A stretch of 64,000 nucleotides of DNA from Octopus sinensis (lineage: Eukaryota): assembly GCF_006345805.1 (NCBI RefSeq), contig NC_043004.1:51646001-51710000 (forward strand). Direction: 5' to 3'. Below the pieces are notes generated by a model, which worked only from the letters and a program-made list of their open reading frames with translations, was not told the DNA's origin and made no database searches. The translations under genes were made by a program, and so were the position numbers. This document shows, one piece after another, positions 1 through 13,249 of the stretch (position 1 is the stretch's first letter; the number at the start of each line of letters is the position of its first letter).

Positions 1-371
1 CTAATGATTCTGCCAGCTCACCACCTTTAACCAGTTCAAGAGTAATCTGTTCTAATATAAGCACAAAGCCTGAAATTTTTGTGGATTGGTTAATTAATTA
101 CGTCTACCTCAATACTTGGTTTGTACTTCACTTTATTGATTTCAAAAGGATGAAAGGCAAAACTGACCTCAGTGAAATTTGATCTCAGAATGCCAAAACA
201 ATTACCACAAAGTATTTTTTCCAATGTTCTGTCAGTTGAGCCCTGTTTTAGCATTCAGGTTACACTATCAAATGTACTTGTTCATTTATTCAGATTGTTT
301 TGAATTAATCAGGCATTATCTCATAGTTTTGAGATTTTGATGGTGCGTTTGCTTAGTTTAGAACAACATTT

Positions 372-790
372 ACTCTTTACTCTTTTACTTGTTTCAGTCA
401 TTTGACTGCGGCCATGCTGGAGCACCGCCTTTAATCGAGCAACTCGACCCCAGGACTTATTCTTTGTAAGCCCAGTACTTATTCTATCAGTCTCTTTTGC
501 CGAACCGCTAAGTAACGGGGACATAAACACACCAGCATCGGTTGTCAAGCAATGCTAGGGGGACAAACACAGACACACAAACACATACACGCATATATAT
601 ATATATATATATATATTACATATATACAACGGGCTTCTTTTAGTTTCCGTCTACCAAATCCACTCAGATGGCTTTGGTCGGCCCGAGGCTATAGTAGAAG
701 ACTCTTGCCCAAGGTGCCACATAGTGGGACTGAACCCGGAACCATGTGGTTGATAAGCAAGCTACTTACCACACAGCCACTCCTGCACCT
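372..790 (-). mobile_element. SINE family A, full length
   Basis: Reverse complement has a pol III A box (TGGCTGTGTGG) and B box (GGTTCAGTCC), a central (CA)/(TA) tract and a GTAAAAGAGT tail. More than 10 copies in the window. Confidence 0.9.
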
Positions 791-2860
791 ATTGTAGAAT
801 ATATGTAAGATGAATCCTTTCAATTTGAACATAAAACAGCTGGAATACTTGAGCTGGATATGGCTAGCTTACACACTTAAAGGGTTAAGCTACAAGTCTA
901 ACCTAGACATTGTTTTTCTTTTTTTTTTCCCCTTTCCTCGGGGCACCTGAACTTATTGATATTCAGCAAACTTTTCTTTGTTTCCTGCAAGTGTATTAGT
1001 TTACTAAAAGTATTTTGGTGCTTGATGGTTGTTGAGTTGGTGTGTTTTCTATGAGTCTCTTTCCTTTTGTGCAACTCACTTCATGTCTGATGCATGCAAC
1101 AATAACTGTTACCTTGTAATTGTTGTCTTATCTTTGATCACATCTATGCTGCTTGTGTGTATGTAAGTGCAGTGATGCGTGTCCTGTGAGGATTTAGTTT
1201 ACTTTCTTTGTATGTTTCAGTGAATGTTGTTTGATAATTAATGTCTTCAACTATATTCCAAAGATCAAAAGACAGCAAACAATAACTGCGCAAACATCAA
1301 GCACTCTCTACGTAGGTGTGAAGTTGCCCCAGTTTCTTTGCGCTTTACTTTCTTTGTTGTTTATGATCTTAGTTGTAAGAGTGGAGGTACAATGACCTCG
1401 CGGTTGTAGGATCATGGCTTTGATTCCCAGACCAGGCGTTGTATTTATTGAGTAAAAACACTCAAAGTTCCACGAGGCTCCGACAGTGGGGGGGGGGGGA
1501 CCCTACTGTACCCTTTCACCACAACTTTCACTCTTTCTTCCTGTTTCTGTTGTACCTGTATTTCAAAGGGGCCAGCCTTGTCACACTCTGTGTTACGCGG
1601 AATCTCCCCAAGAACTATGTTAAGGGTACACGTTGTCTGTGGAGTGCTCAGCCACTTGCACGTTATGGAATCCTCGCCGTCATAACCAAAAGAGTACCAC
1701 ATGTAGTAGTAAGAATTTTATGATGGTTAAGTGGGGGAAAAAAAAAAATCTTGATCGAGTTTGTGGTTTTGAGTGCATCAGCTAGGGAAGTTATGTTTGT
1801 TTTACCAAGTACCGCCTGACTGGCACCCATGCCGGTGGCACGTAAAAAGCACCCACTACACTCTCAGAGTGGTTGGCGTTAGGAAGGGCATCCAGTTGTA
1901 GAAACTTTGCCAGATCAAGATTGAAGCCTGGTGCAGCCATCTGGCTCGCCAGCCCTCAGTCAAAATTGTCCAACCCATGCTAGCATGGATAGCGGATGTT
2001 AAACGATGATGATGATGATGTATGTTTTAAATAGAAAGGACATGTGGCTTAGTGGTTAGGGCATTCAGCTCACACTCATAAGGTTGTGAGTTCAATTCCT
2101 GGCAGCACATTGTGTTCTTGAGCAAGATGCTTTCTTTCATGTAGCTCCAGTCCACTCAGCTGGCAAAAATGGGTTGAAACTGTATTTTAAAGGGTCAGCC
2201 TTGCCACATTCTGTTTCACAGTGAATCTTCATGAAAACTATGTCAAGGGTACACGTGTCATTGGTCAGTGTGCTCCCTTGATTGGATCAACTGGAACCAT
2301 TGTTGCTGTAACTGACAGAGTGCCAGTCAAACAGAAAAAGTTAAATTCCAAGATTTTTTTATACATTGCTAAAATGTCTCTAAATTTCTTTCATGATCTT
2401 TGAGTTACATGCCATTGCAGACAAAAGTGTTTGGCACAGTCCTCTGGTTTGCCAGCTCTTGTCAAGTAATCCAATTCATGGCTAGTTTGCAAAATGGATA
2501 TTAAATGATAATGATAACGATGATGAATAATGTCACTCAAATATGATTGAGGTTTGAGGTTATTCTCAGAGATAATTTGCTTCACCAATCATTGAAGATT
2601 TGCCACTGCATTCAGAAGCCAAATGGAAGTTTTGCATTCCGACACAATAGTCTCAAGACTAGGAAAGCAGTACAAGGAATGTCTTAAGCACTTTAGCATT
2701 TAAACCAGTTATTTCTGGCTCAGATATTATACCTGTTCTATGTTTAAACCAACCAGATCCCACCTATCACACCAACCCAGCCATGTTGTTCTAAAAATAA
2801 ACAATTACATCATCAGAATCTTGAAACTACAAGATAATGTGAATAAATAAGTATTGTATT

Positions 2861-3260
2861 GGCGCAGGAGTGGCTGTGTGGTAAGTAGCTTGCTAACCAA
2901 CTACATGGTTCCGGGTTCAGTCCCACTGCGTGGCATCTTGGGCAAGTGTCTTCTGTTATAGCCCCAGGCCGACCAATGCCTTGTGAATGGATTTGGTAGA
3001 CGGAAACTGAAAGAAGCCTGTCGTATATATGTATATGTGTGTGTGAGTGCATATGTTTGTGTGTCTGTGTTTGTCCCCCCAACATCGCTTGACAACAGAT
3101 GCTGGTGTGTTTACGTCCCCGTCACTTAGCGGTTCGGCAAAAGAGACCGATAGAATAAGTACTGGGCTTACAAAGAATAATTCCCGGGGTCGATTTGCTC
3201 GACTAAAGGCGGTGCTCCAGCATGGCCACAGTCAAATGACTGAAACAAGTAAAAGAGAGT
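2861..3260 (+). mobile_element. SINE family A, full length
   Basis: GGCGCAGGAGTGGCTGTGTGG head; near-identical to other copies. Confidence 0.9.
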
Positions 3261-3645
3261 ATTTGGCAGGGTAATTTGAATACTAAAGAGTTAAAACACT
3301 TGTGGTAGTTCACAATGTTTGATATCAACTTTGCTAAAATATGAATGCTGTGTAGTTGTGGTTGTAAAGTCCACTTCAAAACTATATGGTTTCAGGTTCG
3401 GCTCCACTGCATGATACTTTGTGCAAGTGTTTTTTGCTACAGCCCTGGGTTGTCTAAATCTGTGTGTGGATTTGGTTGATGAAAACTAAAGAGAAGCCTG
3501 TTGTCTGTGTGTGGAGTATGCAGGCATTTCTAAAATACCTCATGGTGTGACGACCATGTCCTGCATAGTTACGGGTTGTCCTTTGGTAAGGTATAGCACC
3601 CATTCAGCCATCCAGTTTGGAATACAGTGAAGTTATGGGACTGCA

Positions 3646-3861
3646 GGCGGCGAGCTGGCAGAACCGTTAGCACACCGGGCGAAACACGTAGCCGTATTTC
3701 GTCTGCCGTTACGTTCTGAGTTCAAATTCCGCCGAGGTCCACTTTGCCTTTCATCCTTTCGGGGTCAATTAAATAAGTACCAGTTATGAACTGGGGTCGA
3801 TATAATCGACTTAATCCGTTTGTCCCCTCTGTGTTTAGCCCCTTGTGGGTAGTAAAGAAAT
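3646..3861 (+). mobile_element. tRNA-derived SINE family B
   Basis: GGCGGCGAGCTGGCAGAA head and GAGTTCAAATT B box. 13-bp TSD AGTTATGGGACTG (3631-43 and 3862-74). Confidence 0.92.
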
Positions 3862-4689
3862 AGTTATGGGACTGTAACATGGCTGATTGTGATGAGGTAG
3901 CAGAAGAGCTCAACTGAGCCAATGGTGCTTCTTACGTTGATGCTGAGGAACCATAGAAGATCAACAGTCAGGATCACCAAGCTCTATCGAGAGTAATTGC
4001 AACACATCCACTGGGGTGGCATCCATGGCTGTGTAATCAGTCAATGAAAGATTCACGAAGACTCACGCTCTCAATTCAAATTTATAATAATGGAATTGTA
4101 TAGCAACAGAGAGACTTGAGAATCTGCAAAAGCAGCAAGACCGAAGAAGTGTGTGTGATGTGTTTTTGCTGACATCGTCACTTGTTTATCTGGAAGATGT
4201 TTGAATAGTATTATTGTTGCCACTACTGCTGTCAATAATTTGTCCAATCACTTTGTGCTTTCAAAGGGATCTGGGATAAAAGACCGCTTAATTTGAAAAG
4301 TGGCATGTAAGGGTTAGTGTCAGAGTAGTCGTCCCACTGTAAAACAATTCCTCAGTAGCATATCTGTGAAACGCATGCTAACATGAAAAAAAAGCGACCA
4401 TCAAATCATATGTATTAATCAATAATACAGGGAGATCATCAATAACAGTGTGAGTGCCTAGAGTATTTGAGAGATCAATGACAAGGTATTGTTTGTAAGA
4501 TTCATATTTTGTTAATGAGGCTGATATAGCCCCTGGTCAACCTCTCAATTCAATGGTGTATTCTTTGATTATATCTAATTATATAGTAAATTTGCATTAT
4601 ATATATATATGTATATATATGTATCTCCAACCAAATGTAAGAAGGAAAAAGAATTGTTCTCTTTTCTGTTTTTACAATTTTACAATATT

Positions 4690-5102
4690 ATAAAATTTTT
4701 CCCCTGCCTTTAACCCTCCAACGTGGAGTATATAGGCCACTTATAATTGAATTCCATGTCACATAATTTTTCGCTTCTGTACTTATACTCTGCCATGAAT
4801 GTCCCCCTTTCTCTAGATCCTTTGGTGTTGATCCATGCCATGACTTCTTAGGCCTACCTCTCTTTCTATATCCATCTGGATTCCACTGTAAAGCACTTTT
4901 CGCTACGTTTGGTGTGTCTTGTGCTACCAATCCACTTCCACTTTTTCTTAAATATTTGCTCTCTAATCGAAACTTGATTTGTTCTTTGCCATAGCTCCAT
5001 ATCGCTTGTGTGTTTGGGCCATCTAATTTTAAGTATACTACACAAGCATCTGTTGATGAATGATTGTATTTGCTTATTTGACTTAGTAGAATATATATTC
5101 AT
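4690..5102 (-). mobile_element. RTE/RTE-X LINE 3' remnant
   Basis: RCLCSILKIRWP...KKWKWIG / ALQWNPDGYRKRGRPKKSW, frameshifted. Confidence 0.75.
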
Positions 5103-5118
5103 TGTGATAAACTAGTAC

Positions 5119-5351
5119 CTATTTCTTTACTACCCACAAGGGGCCAAACACAGAGAGGACAAACAAGGAGAGATAAACGGATTAATTCGATTATATCGAC
5201 TCCAGTGCGTAACTGGTACTTATTTAATTGACCCCGAAAGGATGAAAGGTAAAGTCGACCTCGGCGGAATTTGAACTCAGAACGTAGTGGCAGACGAAAT
5301 ACTGCTAAGCATTTCGCCCGGTGTGCTAACGATTCTGCCAGCTCGCCGCCT
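5119..5351 (-). mobile_element. SINE family B
   Basis: Reverse complement of the 3646-3861 consensus. Confidence 0.88.
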
Positions 5352-5834
5352 TAGTAACTTCATGCATTACATTATCACCAGTGACAGTCATGCTCCACAA
5401 GCCATTCTGTGTTGTATACAAACCATGGAAACCACAGTTGTGAATTTTAGTTACCCCCCCCCCCCCACACCATCCAGAAGAGCAGTTGTCATTAGTTACA
5501 TGGAAAAGCAGTCAATCAGTGATGATGAATTAATTTTTCAAGCTAATGGTGGCAATCAATTACAACAACGACAGTATATAAAAATTGATGGAACCAGTCA
5601 CCTCAGTCATCAAGCATGTTGCTTGATGATTGATAGAGTGGCATTCTGTTATGTTCTCGAAATCATTCACCTGGGTCATCACTTATTTAGGAACAACAAG
5701 CTGTTTGGTTGACTGAATGACATTGAATAAAACTGCTTATGGAATCAGTCACATCAGTCATCAAGCAATATGCAGTTTGAAGCGACATTGAAAGAAATTG
5801 TTCTCGGAATCACTCACCTCAATTATAATTGATT

Positions 5835-6143
5835 TAGTTAGTTAGTTAGTTAGTTAATTTTTTGGCTCAAAAAGCAAAAAGCAAGGCCATGTAGGGGGAC
5901 ATGGAGTTATGTACAAGGTGGTGTTCATGTAAAGAGTTCAGGCCACTTGAGGTCAAGGGATACTTTGAACCGAGCGGTCGTCGGCATCTTCACCATCTCG
6001 TCTGGCAGCTTATTCCACGGATCCGCAACCCGGACGGAGAAAGCCCCTCTCCTTCGATTGAGATGAAATCGTCGCAGATAGAGCTTTTCGGAATGACCCC
6101 GCAGCCAACGCTCTGGAGCAGGAGTGAAGAACAGCTCTAACAT
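5835..6143 (-). mobile_element. CR1/L2-like LINE 3' end
   Basis: RGHSEKL...RRGAFSVRVADPWNKLP...FKVSLD; (TAAC)n tail at 5835-5855. Confidence 0.75.
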
Positions 6144-6744
6144 GGAATTTTATTGATTGTGAGACATTCATTAGAATTGTTGATCGTATCAGTCACATCA
6201 ATCATCGAGTAACATGCAGTTTTATTGATAAAGTGACATTCAATAACATTGAGAAAATGAATCTTGAAGCAGCTATCCTGTTGTGTGAAACCAAGATGTT
6301 TACTTCTAGCTCAACTGCTTTCCTGGCCTTGGAATTATTTAGGTTACACTTGATATTGAATCGGTGTAATGTATTCATATGATATTTATTAAATATGTAA
6401 GTGAGAGTAGTTTTGTGGGTCATGACACAGCTTGTTGTTCTCTGGATTTGATTCAAACGAATTATGTAAGCACCCTATAAACAGCAAAAAGAAGAAAAAC
6501 TAAGAAATTGCCTGAACTGTTCTGAAGCATGAACAATTTGGAAGCCATTGTATTGTAATTATCAACCATGATGCCAGTATACCTATATATGTGTGTATAT
6601 ATATTATATGTATATATATATTACGGAGATGTACAAGGATAGCAAGTAACCTGATCTGAGATCGTGTGCTGGAACGTAAACAATTGCAGCATAGGAGGTG
6701 TTTGTAAGCCATTTAAGAAACACACAAAATCCGTTAGATTCACT

Positions 6745-7830
6745 TCAACATTTCATTTCATTTCATTTGAGTTTGTGTCCATGTTCAGGCCAAGTCGAAG
6801 ACTCCACTCTCAGAGTCTGGTGTGGTTGCCAGGTTGTATTCTCTGTTTAATTTTGACATGTGTAGGAGCGAGTTTGAGTCAGTTTGTGCTCGTTGTGTAT
6901 ATCCTGGGAGATGGGGTTCATCTCTAATGGTGCTTAAGTATCTATCCAGCTGCAATTTGAATGATTCCACACTGCATCCTGATAGATTTCTGACATGTAT
7001 CGGAATGGAGTTGAATAGTTGTGCTCCTTGAACCAACAGACTTGATTCTCGCAGGGTTTTTGCTGCCTGGCCAGCCTTTTTGTTGATTGGTGGTAGCTGG
7101 CAGCGTCTTCCGTGGCGCAGTGAGTGGTAGGTTTTGATACCAAAGTTTGGCACCTTTTGCTCTATCATTTTCCAAATGTATATAATTCGGTATCGCTCAA
7201 ATCTTCTTTCTATTGAGTACATCCTCAAGGTTTTGGAAGTATGAGGTAAAATTTCTTTGGAGCGATTCCATCTTAGATAGTTGGCCCTTTGTTGTTGGTG
7301 ACCACAACTGAGAACAGTAGTCAATCCTCGGAAGTATCATACTGTTCCAGAGGGTTTTCATTGTTGAGGTATCTCTTGATTTGAAGGTGCGCAAAATCCA
7401 CCCGCTGTACTATCTTGCAGTAAGACAGACTGAGTCAAGGTGTTCTCTGAATTTTAGGTTGGTTCCCATGTGGATGCCTAAATCTTTCACATACTGTTTT
7501 TCCATTATTTGTTGTCCTGATGGGTTTCTGTAGTTTGTTGTATTTTTCAGATCTTGATCTGTTCCGTAGCGAATTAGTTCAAACTTCTTATCATTGAACA
7601 ACATGTTGTTTGTTTCCTGCCATTTATATATGGTGGTCAGGTCCTTTTGTAAGGCCTCTGTATCCACCTCGTCTTTGATTTGTCTCATGACCCTGGTGTC
7701 ATCAGCAAAGGATGAGACGTTGCTGGTTGTATCTTCATCTATGTCAGAGATGAGGATGAGAAACAGGATTGGGCTGAGTACTGTACCCTGAGGAACACTG
7801 GTGTTGAATGGGTTCCATTCACAGTGACTG
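6745..7830 (-). mobile_element. CR1/L2-group LINE RT remnant (5'-truncated, frameshifted)
   Basis: VPQGTVLSPILFLILISD...SSFADDTRV, KDLGIHM, LRMYSIERRFERYRIIYIWK. Confidence 0.9.
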
Positions 7831-8117
7831 TTTGAGTTCTATTTGTAAGGAACTCATGTATCCATGTACCAACTTTTCCTCCTACTCCTAGCTTTCGAAG
7901 TTTGTGACATTTAAAAATTTAATTTGTCAAAAATATTTTCATTGCTTGGAGAGCACGACCTTGTTCACTGACAAAATTCCGTGCAGCAATTGCTTATATA
8001 TATATATATAATATATATATATATTATATAACATTATATGTGTAGTATTATAATATGTATGTATGTATATATTATATGTATCTATGTATATATTATATGA
8101 ATGTATGTATCATCATC

Positions 8118-8645
8118 ATCATTTAACGTCCGCTTTCCATGCTAGCATGGGTTGGACGGTTCAACTGGGGTCTGGCGAGCCCGAAGGCTGCACCAGGCCA
8201 GTCAGATCTGGCAGTGTTTCTACAGCTGGATGCCCTTCCTAACGCCCACCACTCCGAGAGTGTAGTGGGTGATTTTATGTGCCACCAACACAGGTGCCAG
8301 ACGAGGCTGGCAGACGGCCACGCTTGGATGGTGTTTTTTATGTGCCACCGACACAGGTGCCAGACGAGGCTGGCAGACGGCCACGCTCGGATGGTGTTTT
8401 TTATGTGCCACCGACACAGGTGCCAGACGAGGCTGGCAGACGGCCACGCTCAGATGGTGTTTTCGGTGTTTTCTTATGTGCCACCGACACAGGTGCCAGA
8501 CGAGGCTGGCGAACGGCCACAATCGGATGGTGTTTCTTACGTGCCCACAGCACGGAGGCCAGTCGATGCGGTACTGGCTACAGTCCCGTCTGGACGGTTT
8601 TCTTATGTGCCACCGGCACTGGTACCACAAAGATACAAATTCCAT
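8118..8645 (-). mobile_element. RTE-type 3' UTR copy with internal ~61-bp tandem expansion
   Basis: Matches 39165-39520, but the unit TATGTGCCACCGACACAGGTGCCAGACGAGGCTGG... occurs 4 times. Confidence 0.85.
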
Positions 8646-8694
8646 TGATGTTCATCTATTTTGATTTGGTTTGATTTGATTTGATTTTCATTTT

Positions 8695-8807
8695 GTATAT
8701 GTATATATATATATGTATATGTATATATATATGTATATAAGTATATATATATGTATGTGTATATATGTATGTGTATATGTATGTATATATGTATGTATAT
8801 ATGTATG

Positions 8808-8840
<33 letters not shown>

Positions 8841-8857
8841 GTATGTATATATGTATG

Positions 8858-8890
<33 letters not shown>

Positions 8891-9021
8891 GTATGTATAT
8901 ATATGTGTATATATGTGTATANNNNNNNNNNNNNNNNNNNNNNNNNNNNNNNNNNNNNNNNNNNNNNNNNNNNNNNNNNNNNNNNNNNNNNNNNNNNNNN
9001 NNNNNNNNNNNNNNNNNNNNN
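8695..9021. repeat. (TATG/TA)n microsatellite followed by a 100-N assembly gap (8922-9021)
   Basis: Seen directly. Confidence 0.98.
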
Positions 9022-9643
9022 TTATCATCATCATCTGAACGTAATACTGTATTTGTGTCGCAGTTGAAATTATAAATTTGCACTCGTATGTACATCTATA
9101 CACCTGTGGAACTTAATATCATGTAAACTAAATGCTTTTATTTCTCATTTTGTATGTATATGCAGATATTTAATGGTTTGCATGGTACTGTAGTACTATT
9201 GTGGTCCTTGATCTTGCTATTATATTGCTAATAATGTGATCTATATATTGTTTTGCTAGTATTAGTGTTATTAATAATAAGAATAATGATATTCGTAGCA
9301 TTAGTGGTAATGATAATAGTAATGATGTTAACAATAATGACATTTTGTAAATTAATATAAATTAATATAATGTACTCTTGACTCTGTATATCTGCATTTG
9401 GGTATTAATATGTGTATGTTTTCTACATTGTAATATCATAATATTAAGTTGAAAAACTGTAACATTGAATATGGAACATATGTATGTTCATTGATTTATA
9501 TTATTTATATTATTATGTATATGTATAGGAGTATGAGTATATGCACTCATATGTATGTGTATATGATATATTATGGGTATGTACCCACATTTATATGGGT
9601 GTATATTTAATTTGGTTTGTATCTCATAATCTCCAAAGAAGAT

Positions 9644-9680
<37 letters not shown>

Positions 9681-10754
9681 ATATGTATGTATGTATATTT
9701 TTGTAAATGTCTCATTTACAACTACATATTGACCTATCACACATGGCTAATATAAGTAAAATGAGACACCCTTATCTGCATGGCCGAAACAGCTGTAGGA
9801 TGTAGTTTTATATTTATATTTATTTATATTCTCTTATACATATTGTACTTATTGTATCATATTACTCCTTCATGTACACTGTTTTGTTCAATATTATTAA
9901 GTTTGACCTTAAAGTTTCTTATGTAGTGGTTTAATAAAGTATGTGATTGGGTATTATCTGGTAGTTGATATTTGATTTAGATGTATTTCTCCATTTTCTT
10001 ATTTTGTTTATATAAGCCAGTGCCGCCTCGACTGGCTTCCGTGCCGGTGGTATGTAAAATGCACCAATCCGACCGTGGCCGATGCCAGCCTCGCCTGGCA
10101 CCAGTGCAGGTGGCACGTAAAAAGCACCCACCACACTCACGGAGTGGTTGGCGTTAGGAAGGGCATCCAGCTGTAGAAACATTGCCAGATAAGACCGGAG
10201 CCTGGTGCAGTCTTCTGGCTTCCCAGATCCCTGGTCGAACCGTCCAACCCATGCCAGCATGGAGAACAGACGTTAAACGATGATGATGATGATGATGATG
10301 ATCTATATATATATTTATTTATTTCTGAAAGCAGTACAAAAATATTATTGATAGGAGTGGTACTAGGATGAAACAGTGTTTGTCTTCTTAGAATCATATT
10401 CTCCTCCACTTAAAGCATAAACATCCAATGAAATTAAGTTTCCCGCACACTGATTCTAATGAATATAGGGAAACCATGCACACACCCACACATATTTAGT
10501 TGTTGTTGTTCCGGTGTAACTGTGCACTAAAGTACCATCAGTAAACGTTTGAAACCATCCTTGGCTCTATGATACAAATTTCCCATTTTAAAGTGATTTG
10601 AATTTTAGAAAAATATAATTTCCTGTTAATTTATGTTCTAGCATATGTTTAATAACGGTGATATTTTACTTAATTCTTCATTATTTTCTGAAATTCATTA
10701 GAAATATGGTAATGAGAAGGTTTTTAAAAAGCTGTGTAGTGAGTGAATGAATGT

Positions 10755-11182
10755 CTTGGAAAGACTTCCATCTGCTCCCCACCTAGCCATTTTTTCTCAA
10801 ATTTGTTTATTTAAAAAAATTTTTTGCCAAAACTCCCCATTTTCAGATAAGGAGGTCCCTGAAAATTACCAAAAATCGGCATTGTGAAATTCCCACCCCC
10901 CTTTCTCCCCAACTTCTTCAAATTTGCCTTTTTTCCCCCTACACTAACCTTAACCTTAAAACCCTAACCCTAAAACCTTAACCGTAACTGTAAATACAGA
11001 AATTTCTGTAAAAAGTGAAAAATGAAGTAAATGTTTGGTGATAATTTAGAAATGTCAATTTTTGCCAATTTTTTTGCAGATCCATGTTCCCCGTAGCTGA
11101 AAAGTGGGGTTTGTGTCGCAAAAAAAAAAAATTTTTTAAAGGGTGGTTTCTGTGGGGGCGGATGGGTGGAAGTCTTGCCAAT
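10755..11182. mobile_element. MITE-like element with imperfect inverted ends and internal telomere-like (CCCTAA/CCTTAA)n
   Basis: TTGGAAAGACTTCCA at about 10757 versus reverse-complement TTGGCAAGACTTCCA at about 11180; CTAACCTTAACCTTAAACCCTAACCCTAA at about 10944-10985. Confidence 0.5.
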
Positions 11183-11489
11183 GTCTTGTCTTGTATACAA
11201 AACCTTGTGGATGGACTGGTATGAGGCGTCAGGTCAAATGCCCTGCGGTGTTTATTATCTCTCTTTCTCTCTTCGTTGTAAGTTCAAATCCTGTTGTGGT
11301 TAAACTTTTGTTTTCCAACCTCCACCCATGGTCGAAGAATATAAAGCACCAATCAAATACTGGAATCTTTAGCGTGACACTATACCTCTGCAACAAATTG
11401 TTTATTTGTTCAAGTTGTAATATTTATGTAAACCGTAGCGTAATGTTTGTTATGTAAGCTGTGTCCTATTTTGCAAATAAGCATCTGCA

Positions 11490-12345
11490 AATTTGAAGAA
11501 AGTAGTTGTTGTGTGGTGATGGCGGTTATTGCTGGGGTAGTAGGTAGAGGTGATAGCGAAGCGTGGAAGAGATTGTGGTGTTGGATAGAGGTGGGGTAAA
11601 CAGTGGGAGTGGTAGTAGTGATTACTGTTGGTGGTAGTAGTAGAAGTGATGATGGGTAGTGGTGAGTGTTATGATATTGGTTAGAGGTGACAGTAAACAG
11701 TAGGAGTGGTGATGGTGGTGGCAATTGCAATGATGGGTGGTGGTGGTGGCGATGGCATGCTAGCAGAAATAATCAGTCAAGAAAAGAATGTTTTGCAAGT
11801 ATTTGTTCTGAATCTTAATGTTCTCAGTTCAAATACCGCTGAAGCCCCCTTTGCCTTTTATTCCCACAGAGTCAAGGTAAATTAAATAAAGTACCTGTCA
11901 TACTCAGGTCAACAGTCTATGCTACTCCTATCTCATAATTGTTGAGTTTGGGCCTAAATCAGAAACCGTTGTTGTTGTGGTAGTGGTGGTGAAGGAGGGA
12001 GAAGATCTTGGCAGAGTGGTGGTAGTGATTGTTGTGGTAGCACACAATGATGACGGTGGTGAAGAGATTTTGATGGTAGGTAGAGGTAGTAGTGAACAGT
12101 GGAAGTAGTGGTGTCGGTGATTGATGTGGTAGTACTTGGTAGTGGTGGTGGTGGTAGCAGTGAAAGAGGGGAGAGAAAATTTTGTGGTGGGTAGAAGTAG
12201 TAGTGTGTTGTTGTAGTAGTAGTAGTAGCAGTAGTGTGGTGTTTTGTAGAGGTGCTTGATGATGCTGTAGTTGCCAGACGTATTGTTGATGATATATGAT
12301 AATGGGGTGGTGGAGGTGGTGGTGAAGTGAGATTACACAGTCGAA
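11490..12345. repeat. Degenerate (GGT/AGT)n low-complexity tracts flanking an old SINE-B remnant
   Basis: Seen directly. Confidence 0.8.
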
Positions 12346-12410
12346 CACTTTTGAATGTAATTTCTGTTGAGTTTGCTTTTTTCTCTTGATTTAGACTAAA
12401 ATTGATATTA

Positions 12411-12788
12411 CTCTTTTACTTGTTTCAGTCATTTGACTGCTGCCATGCTGGAGCACTGCCTTTAGTCGAGCAAATCGACCCCGGGACTTATTCTTTGTAA
12501 GCCCAGTACTTATTCTATCGGTCTCTTTTGCCGAACCGCTAAATGACGAGGACGTAAACACAGCAGCATCGGTTGTCAAGCAATGCTAGGGGGACAAACA
12601 CAGACACACACACTTATATATATACATATATACGACAGACTTCTTTCAGTTTCCGTCTACCAAATCCACTCACAAGGCATTGGTCGGCCCGGGGCTATAG
12701 CAGAAGACACTTGCCCAAGATGCCACGCAGTGGGACTGAACCTGGAACCATGTGGTTGGTTAGCAAGCTACTTACCACACAGCCACTC
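12411..12788 (-). mobile_element. SINE family A
   Basis: Same body as 372-790. Confidence 0.88.
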
Positions 12789-12819
12789 GCTGATTTCAAA
12801 ACTACAGTCATCTTCTATC

Positions 12820-13040
12820 ATGCCATATGATGCAGATGGATGAGGATAGTTGCATAAATAAGTGCTGATCACTTAAAGTGGAATGAATTTTTGGAAGGGA
12901 GAGACAGAGGAAAACATGGGACGAAGTAATGCAGGCCCATCTCAAGATGCTGAACTGTATGAAGGAAATGATAGAGGACTTGGATAGATGGTGCACTATC
13001 ATACTTGAGAAGATCTGTCCACCATGATAAGCCACCATGA
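12820..13040 (+). mobile_element. Old RTE LINE 3' remnant
   Basis: Degenerate RKTWDEVMQAHLKMLN...DLDRW reading. Confidence 0.55.
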
Positions 13041-13249
13041 GTGCTGTTACGTGGCACCAGCATGAGTGCTTTTCCTAATTTAATGGTGCTTGGTTCAGAA
13101 ATGCCATCATAAATTTTCTATTATGTCAAGTTTTTTGTTAAACAGGAATTTGTTTTTACAAAAAAGAAGTGTCAATTTTATCATTAAATGCAATACTGAA
13201 ATAAGAAACTAACACAAACTAAATTGTATTTTTTATTGTTTAACAATTA

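Noticed and set aside
552-797. Recurrent ORFs such as MLGGQTQTH.../[16 protein letters not shown]...
   Set aside because: Chance frames through SINE-A copies, with no codon or splice support.
940-1130. Short open minus-strand frame with a GTGAGT donor-like site
   Set aside because: No recognisable peptide and no consistent exon structure.
2861-2935. tRNA genes at SINE heads
   Set aside because: They have A/B boxes but no complete cloverleaf or acceptor stem, and they continue into SINE bodies.
5590-5825. Diverged ~150-bp local tandem duplication; similar small repeats at 50040-50160 and 58185-58340
   Set aside because: Short, old and without structure suggesting function.
8603-9103. IYIYIH/YVYMYV ORFs across the N run
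   Set aside because: Translations of a microsatellite and an assembly gap.
10940-10990. True telomere or chromosome-fusion relic
   Set aside because: Only about 7 degenerate units embedded in an interspersed repeat.
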